From assembly GCA_951406725.2 (NCBI GenBank), contig OX597826.1:1922001-1986000 (forward strand): a stretch of 64,000 nucleotides of DNA, read 5' to 3'. The notes beneath the pieces are model-generated. The model was not told the origin of the DNA and did no database searches. It saw only the letters and a list, made by a program, of their open reading frames with translations. Origin of the DNA: Octopus vulgaris. Its lineage: Eukaryota. A program made the translations under genes and the position numbers. How positions within the stretch are numbered: position 1 is the first letter of the stretch; each line of letters opens with the position of its first letter. Below, piece after piece: positions 42,673 through 58,583 of this stretch.

Positions 42673-42896
42673 CAAATACATACAATAAAAGAAGAGGGAA
42701 GAGGAAAGAACAAGCCCTCAAGATGAGGCCAGAAGGCTCAATATATTAGAAACATACCATTTTGGAATTTGAAGCTTGAAGTCGATAGGTTTGACACTGC
42801 AAAATGGTATGATTCTAATGTATTGAGCCTTCTGGCCTCATTTCGAGGCCCTGTTCTTTCCTCTTTCCTCTTCCCTTCTTCTTTCCTATGTATTTG

Positions 42897-43018
42897 CATT
42901 CACTCTGAAGAAGCACCATGTACTAGATCGAATGTGCTACAAAGATGACGAATATTATTTTCGAAATTTCTTTGTAAGCACAGACTGACATTGGCAGCCG
43001 AAACGGCCGTAAGAAATG
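42897..43018 (+). ncRNA. Type I hammerhead motif with extended stem II (right arm)
   Basis: CATTCACT-CTGAAGA-AGCACCATGT..GTGCTACAAAGA..TCTTTGTAAGCAC..ACATTGGCAGCC-GAA-ACGGCCGT-A-AGAAATG; intact cores, palindromic stem III, GUA site. Confidence 0.68.
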
Positions 43019-43295
43019 TTGGTCAATTTGTTTGTTGATCAAAGTTTTCTCCATTTTCTTCTTATTTAAATTTGATTTCTGTTAAACTTTTGTTTATTCT
43101 GATATTACCATTACTCTATGAGCGTAGTGAGCTTGCATACCCATGCCCAGGGATAATAATAGGTAAATGTGACCGGTAGTAAGAACGGATATTTTTATCC
43201 CTTAGAGCGTTATTCCAACAGCTAAATCTGCTTACCTTATATATATATATATGTGTATGTATGTATGTATGTATGTATGTATGTATGTATGTATG

Positions 43296-43326
<31 letters not shown>

Positions 43327-43328
<2 letters not shown>

Positions 43329-43594
43329 TTTGTAGTGTCTGGGAAGAGACATTCTGGTTTAATGCCTTATTAATTAACACACTCACAGGTCCGATTTCCA
43401 CTTATTTACATTTTTATTTATCTTTATTCTAAAATTTTCGTTACTTCTTGGAACCTCTTGAAGAGTTTGCAAGAAACAACGAAATTTTGGAAAGAAAAAG
43501 AAAATAAATAAGTAAATTGGTGGTAATGGGACCGATGAGTGTGTTAATTAATGAGGTATTAAAACAGAATGACTCACACCAGATACAGCAAAAT
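43327..43594. repeat. Fold-back inverted repeat centred on a truncated HHR-like core
   Basis: TTAATTAACACACTCA / TGAGTGTGTTAATTAA arms; centre CTCTTGAAGAG. Confidence 0.8.
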
Positions 43595-43656
43595 ATACTT
43601 CAACACACGAATTCACATAAAGAATCTTTCAAACCAAATACGAAAATAGAGTATGT

Positions 43657-43706
<50 letters not shown>

Positions 43707-43796
43707 ATGTATATATATATATATACATATATATATGTATGGCTATCTATCTGTCTATCTACCTATCTATCTCTCTCTCTCTCTATCTATCTACCT

Positions 43797-43829
<33 letters not shown>

Positions 43830-43883
43830 ACTATCAATTTATTTATCTAGCTGTCTGTCTGTCTGTCTGCCTGTCTGCCTGCC

Positions 43884-43936
<53 letters not shown>

Positions 43937-44052
43937 ATCTATCTATACCAAAGAAGAATAAAACAGGTATCATATATTTGGTCCCTTAAATAATGCAAAT
44001 TTTCTCTCTCACATACACACATTTTGCCTCTCTCTCTTTCACTCTATGTCTC

Positions 44053-44097
<45 letters not shown>

Positions 44098-44368
44098 GTA
44101 TATTTATGCATATATATATATATAAATGCATGAATATGCACACACGCAAACACACACACACAAGCGTGTACATACACCCACCCACCCACACACACCGCAA
44201 ATTTTTCAGTTTTATATATCCACTATGGCCGATCTTCCCAATCTGTTGGCAAGATCAGCCGTAATTGACATATAATACTGTAGACTTTGATTAATATACC
44301 CAATCTATTGACAAGTATACGAGTGCATACTTCTTGATTTATGGATTCTTAGAGGAATATATACATAT

Positions 44369-44434
<66 letters not shown>

Positions 44435-44836
44435 TTATGTATATATATATATCTTTATATATATATATCTTTCGATGTCACTTGGTCGAAAATATAAAAG
44501 GTAGGTTTTCCTAGCATTTCTAGATTTATGGGAAATATTATGTTGATAAGGAAATGAACTTTACGATTCTAATCCAGAAGCGTACGTCCTTAATTAATCC
44601 GAAGACTGTGTGATTTCATTGTTTTTTTTCTTTTTTTTTTTGCCATATGTGAGATACAAATATTGTTGTCTGTGGAGACTTATTTTTGTAGTAAAACGAA
44701 ATAGTAGTCTTTTGGCTGCTATTTCTAATATTTTCGGTATGTGGTTTAAGCAACTTGTTGTAAAAAACCCTTATTATTATAATATATATATATACACATA
44801 ATATATATATGTTTGTGTTTATGTGTATATATGTAT

Positions 44837-44890
<54 letters not shown>

Positions 44891-44932
44891 TCAATAAATG
44901 GTGGGGTTGTGTTGACCGCACGTGGAGAAATG

Positions 44933-45295
<363 letters not shown>

Positions 45296-45872
45296 CATAT
45301 ATATATGTATGCATATGTGTGTATATGTGTATGAATGTATGCAATGTATCAGATATGTCAATACTATATGTGTTGCAGTGTGATGTCTTTATTTCAGCGG
45401 AATCGGAACAATAGTGAATGAAGGTGTAAAATTTGAGATGTCAATATGTAGTTATATATCAAAAATATATTTTAGGCACGTCATTGAGTTTCATACTATC
45501 TAATATGCCTGCATTTTTCGGAAATATCAGTTTTCTTGTTTAAATAATTATTTGAGATCTTGAATTTATTTGCAAGAAAAAGAATGTGAAGTTAACGTAT
45601 ATGATAACAATATTCAAAAGAAAAATCTTCATATAAGAAAGAGAATTTGAAACTGAACACCGTGGAAAAGTAGCATTATGCATATGCCGTATTATAATAA
45701 ATCTGTTCACTCCATGCGGCATATTGAGTATTCTCAATTTTTGTTCCTAAAACCAGGCACAATTTATTACAATACGCACATATGCTCACATATGTTTAAG
45801 AATTACTATCATTATGTTTACGCTTATTTCTGAATCTTTGCTAAAATATCTAAAGTAACTATCCGTCTGCAA

Positions 45873-45944
<72 letters not shown>

Positions 45945-45964
45945 GTCAGTCTAGCTATGGATAC

Positions 45965-46132
45965 AGGCGTGAACGTATGATAAAAAAGTTGGTTCACAAC
46001 CGAGTTCAGTCTCATTGCGTGACAGCGGGACTGAACCCAAGAATGTGTCTTCTGCCATAGCACTATAGTTTCAGGCCGACCAAAGTCTCGTTAATGGATT
46101 TGAAAGATGGAAACAGAAAGAATCCCGACGTG

Positions 46133-46176
<44 letters not shown>

Positions 46177-46601
46177 CATAAATACATACACACATATATT
46201 CACAGAGTTGAAACGCTGTTTGATTTTTGCTTCGCCGTTGACATTTTACCATCCCACTTCGATCGGTGTATTACCCCTTCCTTTCTCATTCATATGTTGT
46301 TACGGAGAAATACACAAGAGTATTATTATTGTAGATTATTTTAGCAGAAGGTACACGACGCTCTTTTTGCTACTTCTTCTCTCTCATTGCTATTACTTTC
46401 TCTCACTCCCTCTCGGTCATGACTATTACTCTCACTACTTCTCCTTCCCTGAATTACCATTTTCTCTCCTCTCCCTTCACCATTCACTCCTACTGCGTGA
46501 TTTTGGACACACACACACACACACACACATATACATACAAATATATAAAACACTTCGCTCATTATTATGTTAGATGTCACACTATATGGATTCAAGTAAT
46601 C

Positions 46602-46686
<85 letters not shown>

Positions 46687-46697
46687 TATATGTATAG

Positions 46698-46761
<64 letters not shown>

Positions 46762-47026
46762 GTATATATATCTATACATATATATATGTATATATACATA
46801 CATACGTACACACACACGCACACACACACACACACACATATATATATAATATAACCGGTATTAGTGTGTTTACATCTCCGTAAATTAGTGGTTTGGCAAA
46901 ATTGATCGATATAATAAGTGCCGGACTTAAACAATGTACTAGAGTCGTTTCGTTCGAGTAAAACTTTTCAAGGCGGTGTCCCAGTATGGCTGCAGTCTAA
47001 TGACTGAAACAAGTAAAAGGTAAGAG
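45965..47026 (+). mobile_element. Degenerate, interrupted SINE family A
   Basis: Head at 45965-46130 and 3' end at 46855-47026, separated by microsatellites and ~400 bp of other sequence. Confidence 0.65.
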
Positions 47027-49429
<2,403 letters not shown>

Positions 49430-51194
49430 TCATTTGTAGCGTACAGATTTAAGTCATCCATATATAAAAGGTGGCTGACCTTTTTGCCGTAACATTTGGA
49501 TGCGGATACAAATGTTACCGCAAAACGATCAGCCACCTTTTATATATGGATGGTCTAAAATTGTACGCTACAAATGACAAACAGCTGGAAACACTTCTAA
49601 AAACAGTTCATGGATTTACCAAAGAAATAGATATGAAATTTGGATGAGAAAAATGCGCCAAAGTATCCCTGAAAAGAGGAAAACTAGTTAAGAGTAACAA
49701 CATCACACTAGATAAAAACCAATGAAATAAGAGAATTAGACCAAAGCCAAACTTACAAATATTTAGGAATCCATGAACTAGATAAGACACAACACACACA
49801 AATGAAAGAGAAAATAAAGAAAGAATACTATAGACGAGTTAGATCAATACTAAAAACAGAGCTCAATACTAAAAGCAAGATAATAGGTATTAACACTTTA
49901 GCTGTCCCAGTTATAAGTTACAGGTAAATATCCTTAACTGGACACTAAATGAACTAACCAAAATAGATAGGAAAACAAGAAAAATAATGACAGGATCTAG
50001 GATGCATCACCCAAAATCTGACATAGAAAGGCTATATTATACAACGTATAGAAGGTGGTAGAGGCCTTATACAGCTGGAAAACTATTATAAAATAACCAC
50101 CATAGGACTGCAAAAATATCTACTTCAGAAGCGAGGAAAACTAATACAAATAGCGACTAAACATGAGCAAAATAAAAAACTGTTCTCAGTATTTAAGGAA
50201 GCTGACAAATACAAGCAAGAAATCATACCACCTAACAAATATGAAGAAGAAGAAGAATATGAAGAAACAACAAAAGCTATAAACCAAATGAAATCCAAAC
50301 TAAAACTAGAACAGCAACGGACCATGATAAAACGATGGCAAGAAAAGCCCCTTCATGGCAAATACTGGACTAAACTAAATGCAAAAGAAATAGACAAAGA
50401 AAAATCCCAGCAATGGTTGAGAAGCTCAGGACTCAAAGCAGAGACAGAGGGATTCTTAATTGCAGCACAAGACCAAAGCCTCCCCACCAGAAATTACCAA
50501 AAACATATAATGAAAAGAAATATAACAAGTGACTGCAGAATATGTGGAGATGGACAAGAAATAATAAATCGTATTATCTCTGGCTGTCCAGTCCTGGCTA
50601 AGAAGGAATATATTCACAGACACGACAGAGTTGGGACCTTCATAAACTGGAAGCTATGCCAACATTATGGAATAACAACAGAAAAAAGATGGTATAGGCA
50701 CACACCAGAAAAGGTCACAGAAAACGAGAAAGCAACCATACTCCGGGATATGCCAATACACACAGATAGAGAAATTAAGGCCAACAGACCAGATATAGTT
50801 GTCAGAGATCATGAAGAAAAAAAATGCTTTCTAATTGATGTATCAATACCAGCAGATGACAACGTGTCTCTAAAAGAAATGGAGAAATTTTCAAAATACA
50901 AAGACCTGGAAATAGAGGTAACTAGAATGTGGAATCGAAAAACGGAAACAATTCCTAATTCATAATAGGTGCATTAGGCATGATAAAAAATATTCAGACA
51001 AATACATAACAAAAACACCAGGACTTACAAACATATAACACCGAAAATTGCACTACTGGGCACTGCCCAGATCCTACGCAAAACACTCTCAATACAGTAA
51101 CCATCAGAGCATCACAACAAATCACAGCACATACCCAAGGCACACAGAGCTGCGCTCGGTAGTGAATTGAAAGCACACTATAAAAATAAAACTA

Positions 51195-51257
<63 letters not shown>
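49430..51257 (+). mobile_element. 5'-truncated Dong/R4-clade non-LTR retrotransposon (RT C-half, CCHC, RLE) in (TAA)n
   Basis: SHLLYMD(G/D)LKLYA, YKYLGI, EGGRGLIQLE, KPLHGKY, KAETEGFLIAAQDQSL, CRICG...C, RHDRV, NRPDIVV...IDVSIP...EKFSKY, IGALG; reading frame ends at 51100 with several stops and frameshifts; (TAA)n tail at 51198-51257. Confidence 0.93.
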
Positions 51258-51261
<4 letters not shown>

Positions 51262-51470
51262 TATATGTAATCTCAAATTTTAAAACAAACATAATTTTCT
51301 TAAACATTTTCTAGAACAACACTATGTACAAAACCAAATATATGGCACCCTAGGCATAACATCAACATGAAGTTCCAACTTGTTGTCTCTTGAGGTCTCT
51401 GGGTGAGACTTGGAGCCAACTTGTACAAATGTAAAGCAAAAGTCAAACATAGAATAATAAAATAATAATA
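51258..51470 (+). mobile_element. Probable 3' UTR of another TAA-targeting retroelement
   Basis: Complex sequence bounded by TAA repeats on both sides, between two RLE elements; identity is inferred. Confidence 0.5.
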
Positions 51471-51862
51471 GAGTTATTGAGAATGAGGATTTTGCAGTCC
51501 TGTAGGATGCAATGATTCAGTGTGATTTTGCGATTAAACATTGAAAACTTGAGGTTGTTGTAGTGAGTGGAAAAGAAAAAAAAATATGTCCGATAATTGA
51601 CTTAGCAGGTCCTGGTTACAACAAAATTGAAGAGAACGAAGAAGAAAAAGTGAACAACTATGATGGATTGAAGTGGAAAAAACGCAGTTTGTGGGCAATG
51701 AGGGAAGTGAATGTGATACCAATAGTAATTGGCACAGCTGGAAGTATCGGTCCCCAAGCACAAACCATGGCTCGAAAAGATTGGAACAAATGTAAAGATA
51801 GGACATCTACAAAAATCATGATGGCTTAGGACTGAGAGAGTATTTCGCAGTATCCTAGAAGC
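51471..51862 (+). pseudogene. Older R4/Dong-type RLE fragment
   Basis: VIENEDFAVL*D...IIDLAGPG...EEEKVNNY...LWAMREVNVIPIVIGTAG. Confidence 0.8.
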
Positions 51863-52078
51863 ATAATTCGTAAACAAGTGTCACCTTTGTTTGCCGGTTG
51901 TGGGCAATTCCTGCTGCGCGATTTCATCTGCCGCATGATTGGACAATATTTGCAGGCAGTAGAACTCGATCTGGCCTCGGTGTGGCGAGATTGTTCGAAT
52001 TATAAAACCGATTCACTCAGCAAGGTAAGTTTGATGATTTTTATCCAACTGTCCTCATTTGCATTTTTGACCATTTCC

Positions 52079-52148
52079 TTTAAGTTAAAGCCATTGCTTG
52101 TGTATCATACACGCAACCCCCGTCCCCTGAGAACATACCCAAGACATC
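52079..52148 (+). mobile_element. ~70-bp fragment of the Tigger transposase gene
   Basis: FKLKPLLVYHTRNPR; reverse complement of ~54967-55036. Confidence 0.8.
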
Positions 52149-53247
52149 GCACCCTGTTGCAAACCAAGGACTTATCAATGTTTGATTGAAGAATCTCTTG
52201 AATTTGGGGATCTAGTGCATTTAGTTGGAAATTTATCCACCAACTCTGTTTTCGGTTCCCTTTGTACTATCTTGGCAACCACACGTCACCACACAACGTG
52301 ATGGCACTCAACAACTAAAGTTTCCTCAGCATGTAGCCTACATGTGGTAAGCGTCATGTTCCTACCTAGCAAATTTTTGTTAAACATTTCTAAGAAAGAT
52401 GAAACATTTATTAGATGGAAACGAAAAAAATATATTGAGTTAACTTTTAAACATTTATAAGATCGAAATATATAAATAAAGAAAGGGAAAGTGAAATAAC
52501 TTAACTCAAGTCACTTATTCTAACTCGTATTTTTTTTCTTAAACATGTGTAAGAAATATGGAAATAAGCAAATTATTGAAATAGCTACTACTTTTATAAC
52601 AAATAAATAAGTAAACAAACAGCAGAATAACTTTTAAACATTTTATAAGAAAGATCGAAAGTTACAAAATGGAAAAGTGTGAAAAATGAAAGGGAAACGC
52701 AAAAAAATTGTTGAAATAACTTTTAAACATTCATAAGAAAGAGTGAAATAAATATACAGCGAAATAACTTTAAATCGTTTATAAGAAAGATTGAAAGTTA
52801 TAAAATAGTAAAATTGGAAAGTACTTTGATTTGCCGTAAATTATACATGAGCCTGATAGTGGTGGTGGCGGCGGTGGTGGTAGTAGTAGTAGTTGTGTAG
52901 AATATTGGTTACAATTTCTCCTTGCTGTACGTGAACAATATTTCCTTAAGTTCAAAGAATCTAACAAATCGTTTAATAATACAGAAAGCTGTTACATTCA
53001 TTTTAAACTTTGATGTATTCCTTAAAGTGCCGAAATTTTCGTCGCGTAGCTGCGTCCAGGATACTGACACTGTTTCACTGCTTTGTGTGTATTTAATAGT
53101 GTGTATTTACTAGAATGTAGTGAGCTCACTATCAATACATCTTCTCAGAACAAGTTACAAACAACTGCAAAACAACAATTGCTCTCACGACATATCGTAG
53201 AATCAAACGATAACGAAAGACAGCGTAAGTGACACCGGAGAGCAATA

Positions 53248-53372
53248 AGACCGATAGAATAAGTACCATACTTTAAGAAATTACTGAGGTCGATTTGTTC
53301 GACTAAAACCTTTCAAGATGATGCTCCAGCATGGCCGCAGTCCAGTGACTGAAACAAGGAAAAGGTGAAAGA
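53248..53372 (+). mobile_element. SINE family A 3' end
   Basis: AGACCGATAGAATAAGTAC...CAGCATGGCCGCAGTCCAGTGACTGAAACAAG. Confidence 0.85.
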
Positions 53373-53629
53373 TCTGTCACACGGCCGAAGGAATAACGTA
53401 AATTTTAACAAGTGTCCTGAACTTAAGTAAAGTATGTGGAACTCTGGTCTAACCTATGGGATTCGACATAGTTTCCGCTTAATTTTGAAATTTCAAAAGG
53501 CTTGGGTAGACCCGAGGCTGGGGTATAATGCATTTGCTGAAGACTCCACATAAAGGGATCAAACCCAAGATAAAGTAGAGGGTGACGAATTTGGGTGTAG
53601 AATTTCAAGAAAAAAAAAAGAATACAACA

Positions 53630-56205
53630 CAGGCATACCTCACCCTACGTCGTTAATTGGTTTCAGGAGACACGACTTAAGTCGAATTAACTTGTCTCTT
53701 AGGCTAGGCTAGGCCGAATTTTCTTGTCTCTAAGCTAAACCGATAATAACCATTCCCAGTTCTGCACTTTATTTATGAAAGCATTTTCAATAATTCATGA
53801 TTAATAAAAAGCTATTTTAAGCTTACAAACAATTTTTAATTTTTGATATTGTACAGTAAAAAAAAAAAAGTAATCTAAATTTACGAATACAATTTGGCGG
53901 TGTTTATCGTACGTCGCGGATGCTTTATTTATGAACGCGGTTTGCAATAAGAAACGGTAAAATAAAAGCCTTTTTTAAGCTTAAAAAACAAGTTCAGTAA
54001 TTATTATTATTTTGCAATAGTAAAAAACAAAAAAACAAAAAAAAAAAAAAACAAACAAAATTATTTTAAATGGACCAATTCGTACTTACAATTTGGTGGT
54101 CATATCGCGGATGTAGATGGCTGTGGATCGTCACCATTAATTGCTGACTGGCTGTTCTTTTTGTTCGATGCGCTGAAAAAAACCGGTTGAGAGTTTCTTG
54201 AATTGTCTTCTTCTTTTCCTCAAAGATTACATTAAAAGGAACAAAAGCTTCGTGACAAGCCCCCATAATCTTGGAAAAGCGTTGAGCATTTAGATCCATA
54301 TCCTCGAACATAGAAAGACCTTTTTTCCGATATATGCAAATGTTTGCTGTATTTTCTTAATAGTAAAGTGACGTGGCTCAGGTTCCACTTCCTCTTCTTT
54401 GTTTTGTTGCTCGTGAAGCTCTCTCAAATCCTCGTTCGTCAGGGGCTGCTTGTCTTTTTCAAATAAATCTGTGAAATCCTCCTCCTCCAAATCCAATTCC
54501 AGTTCTTTGCTCGAAGTCACCAACGTTTGTTGATGACAACATTATCAAACCCTTTTAAATCATTCACGAATTGCGAGCAAAGCTTCTTCCATACACCATT
54601 CATAGCCGTGCTCTGTTCCTCATTCCACACCGCTGCTATGTTCTGATCAAGATCAGTTGCGGCTATTGCTTGCCGCAGAGTACACTTCATATAGTAACGC
54701 TTGAAGATAGCAATTATTCCCCGATCCATTGGCTGCAGAAGAGACGTGGTGTTCGGAGGGAGGTATACGACGGTAACATTGGGGGTCTAATTTTATACGA
54801 TGATTTGCGGGTGACCAGGAGCATTAAGATAAGTAAAACATTTAAAGGAATCCCCTTCTCCTTACAGCACTTCTCTGCTGCTGGGATAAAATGATTGAAG
54901 AACCAATCTTCAAAAACAAGAACAGTAACTCATGCTTTTGAACTCTCCATCCATATAACAGGGAGAGATGCCTTGGGTATGTTCTACAGGGCACGGGGGT
55001 TGTGTGCATGATACACAAGCAATGGCTTTAACTTAAAATCTCCTGCACAATCACCTCCCAACATAATGGTTACACGGTTTTTGAGACCTTGTAGCCTGGA
55101 ATAGTTTTCTCCTCCTCGAAAATGAATGAACGGTCTGGCAATTTTTTTCCAATACAATCCAGTTTTGTCTACATTAAAAATCAGTTCGGGAAGAAACCCG
55201 TTTTCTTCTCTGATTTTCTTTAATGCATTAGGAAATTCCGCTGCTGCTTGTTCGTCAGCTGATGCACTTTCACCTTGCTTCTTAATGGAGTGATAACTTC
55301 TTCACTCCTTAAATCTCATGAACCATCCTTGACTTGCCTTGAACTCTACATCTTTCTCGCCTGGATATTTTTTCTTCAGGTCCTCAGAAAGACAACGCTT
55401 TTTCTTGAATGGTTTCTTGACTAATAGTAGCACGCTAACGATTCAACCTAACAATCGAAAGAGAAAGACTTCCCATTTCTTCAAAGATTTTGCCTCTTTT
55501 CTTATTGATGACAGTGTCCTTCATCCCTGGGGCTCCAGATTTGATATATGCTAGAATCTTGTCCTTATTATGTAAAAACGTCAATACAGTTGTGCGACTC
55601 ATCCTAAAAGATCGTGCAGTTGCTACCACTTTTTCACCTTTTTCATGGCGTTTTATCAGAGCCAGTTGAGTTTTCAGCGTCATAGCATGGCGCTTAGCGC
55701 TTTCACTATGAATTTTCTTCGGAGCCATGGGGACAAAAAATAAAGTCACAAATGAATGAGAATGAGAAAGTAGCCAATAAACTGACCTAAGCAAATCTGA
55801 ATTCAAAACAATCACGGGAATCACGTGTGATAATGACACCTAACGGTAGATATTGGAACTACAGTGCAATATGAGCTCCGAAAGACCGATAAATGAAACA
55901 ACACAGCTGATTTCATGATTTCGTTCACTAAGCTACACTACTTTATGGTGTGTGTCTTAACATTTACTGTACGTATTTTAATATGATTTTATATGCTTTT
56001 ATTCTTATTTATTGTACAGTAACCTGATTTTATGTGCCTTTAACTGTTCTCTAGTGATTTTACGATTCCAATATTTGTGGTGGACAGACGTAAAGTTGAG
56101 TTAAATGACTTAGCTTGATATTTATTTTTCTATATATTATTTTTGAAAACCGACGTATAATCGAAAACAACTTAAATCGAAACTATTTAAGTCGAGGTAT
56201 GCCTG
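53630..56205 (-). mobile_element. Full-length Tigger/pogo DNA transposon relic
   Basis: TIRs CAGGCATACCTC (53630) and GAGGTATGCCTG-ta (ending 56205); ~2.6 kb; transposase remnants inside. Confidence 0.93.
54130..55728 (-). pseudogene. Disrupted pogo/Tigger transposase (psq HTH, CENP-B HTH, DDE_1)
   Basis: MAPKK...IKRHEKGEKV, FKASQGWFMRFK, IFNVDKTGLYWKKLPDRSFI, FKLKPLLVYH, NAPGHP, LPPNTTSLLQPMDRGII; multiple frameshifts. Confidence 0.92.
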
Positions 56206-57318
56206 TACATATAAGACGTGAGACATATGTTGGATTCTTCGAGATAGGAAGCGGTTGTGAAAGAATTGAGGGACGGCCAGAGGCTTAGAGAACATATACA
56301 CGTGCGCGCGCGCGCACACACATTTACATATACTTACATGGCGGCTGTCAGCTCGTATGACCCAGAGAGAAATGTCTAAATAAATACCAAGGGTCTCTCA
56401 CTCTTAGATATTGGATGGCCATTGAGTCTGTAGAGTTCACCGGCCTTTTGACAGGTTTTGCTTTTCGCCCTGCACACACACACACATGCACACGCATACG
56501 CACACACGCATATGCACACACGGACAAGCACACACACACATACACACAAAACACAGTACGCACACATACACGAACACTCGCTGACATACGCACCCGCACA
56601 TACATACACATACACACATGCATACATACACACACATACATTCATACACACAGACATGCAGAGATGCAAACATACTTACATTCATACACACACACATTCG
56701 CACACACAATACACGCAGTCGCACACACGCATATATGCACATACATACATACATACATACATACATACATACATACATACATACATACATACATACACAT
56801 GTATACATACACAGAGACAGACAGACATACGTACAAACATACAGAGATACACACATACATTCATACATACACACACATTCACACGCACTATACACACTGA
56901 CTTTTATACGCATAGCTGCACACTTATGTACGCTAAGACACACTCCATTAAACTTACCCACAACCATAGCCATACACATGCTCACAACCATACACTGTCT
57001 TACGCATCAACACAACCACACACACACACAAACCCGCATACAATCACACACATACTGTAAGCCTTAACACTTACTTAAACACACACACACACACACACTG
57101 AGTGTATTAGAAAAGGGCAGGCAAGGATGATTATCGATTGAACCGGAAGAAAAAAACAAAACCCCAAAAACATGAAGATAAAGAAGTAGAGAAAGAAAGA
57201 AGGAGGGAAAGAAAGGAAGAAGGAAAGAAAGAGAGCCATAATGATTTACTGATTTGGCTGGAACGAACTGTTTAATGATTGTGACGGCAAGGTCAAGAAA
57301 ATTATTCATGGTGGATGA

Positions 57319-57369
<51 letters not shown>

Positions 57370-57407
57370 TGTGTGTGTATATATATATACATAGACACAT
57401 AAATATA

Positions 57408-57507
57408 NNNNNNNNNNNNNNNNNNNNNNNNNNNNNNNNNNNNNNNNNNNNNNNNNNNNNNNNNNNNNNNNNNNNNNNNNNNNNNNNNNNNNNNNNNNNN
57501 NNNNNNN
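57408..57507. other. Assembly gap (100 N)
   Basis: Run of N. Confidence 1.
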
Positions 57508-57987
57508 ATATTTGTCCCTTGATGAGCAAGGGAGGTTATGACTTCAACTGTATCTCAACAGGGGGCGTCTCTGTGCAGGAAATCGGAAAATCACTACTGT
57601 TTCTCTCTACACCACATTTTCCTGAGGCTACGAAAGTGTCGCTTCTTCATTGTCGCAAGTGTATGTATGATACTCAATTTGGCTGCATAAAATGTCCTCT
57701 ACCTGGGGTCCGGTTGGGTTTCAAACATCAGTCATCAACGAAGACCATGAGGGACTACGCAGCTTCTAAACAAGTGACTCAGTGACGTCGGGAGGAAAAG
57801 AGAAACACGAAGCTTCTATTTACACTATAGGGAAGCTTCCGATTTAACTAGGTGTATACTAGGTGTACATACATACATACATACACACACGCACACATGT
57901 ATGTATATTTATCTATAAATATATATATATATATATATTGAAATATTTATCTATAGCTATATCAATCTCTCTCTCTCTCTCTCTCTC

Positions 57988-58026
<39 letters not shown>

Positions 58027-58411
58027 GCTTGTCATACCCTATGTTCCTGCCCTAAGGCTTCACTTCCACATTTAATTTAATTCGTTCTTAGTTGAAAGAC
58101 ACCTGTCGTTAATGTCCTGTTTTTGCGAATACCTTTTTTGCGTACCATTTCTCCGTGTTTTTCTGTCCTTGTTTCCGTATACATTCGCTGATTTCTTCCA
58201 AGGAATCTAGTGCTCTTAGCTTAGATTTTCATTGGGGCTCACCAGATTGGAGCAGTCTCGAGTATAACTAGCCGAAACTGCAAAGATAATCTGGAACTCG
58301 ACTGAGGAAAGAAAACTCCGAATGACCCATCTTTGTTTTTTCTTGTCCCTTTTTGTGTCATCTGTCTGGATTTCTTGTCGCCCGTTGCTTTCCTGTCCCA
58401 TTTTTTGTATT

Positions 58412-58459
<48 letters not shown>

Positions 58460-58478
58460 TAGACAGATAGATAGATAG

Positions 58479-58583
<105 letters not shown>

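Larger units (their letters stand above)
42464..43073. mobile_element. 610-bp fold-back of two inverted HHR-bearing arms (PLE pLTR-like)
   Basis: Arms 42464-42764 and 42800-43073 are reverse complements with scattered substitutions and one ~25-bp indel; 35-nt loop. Confidence 0.88.
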
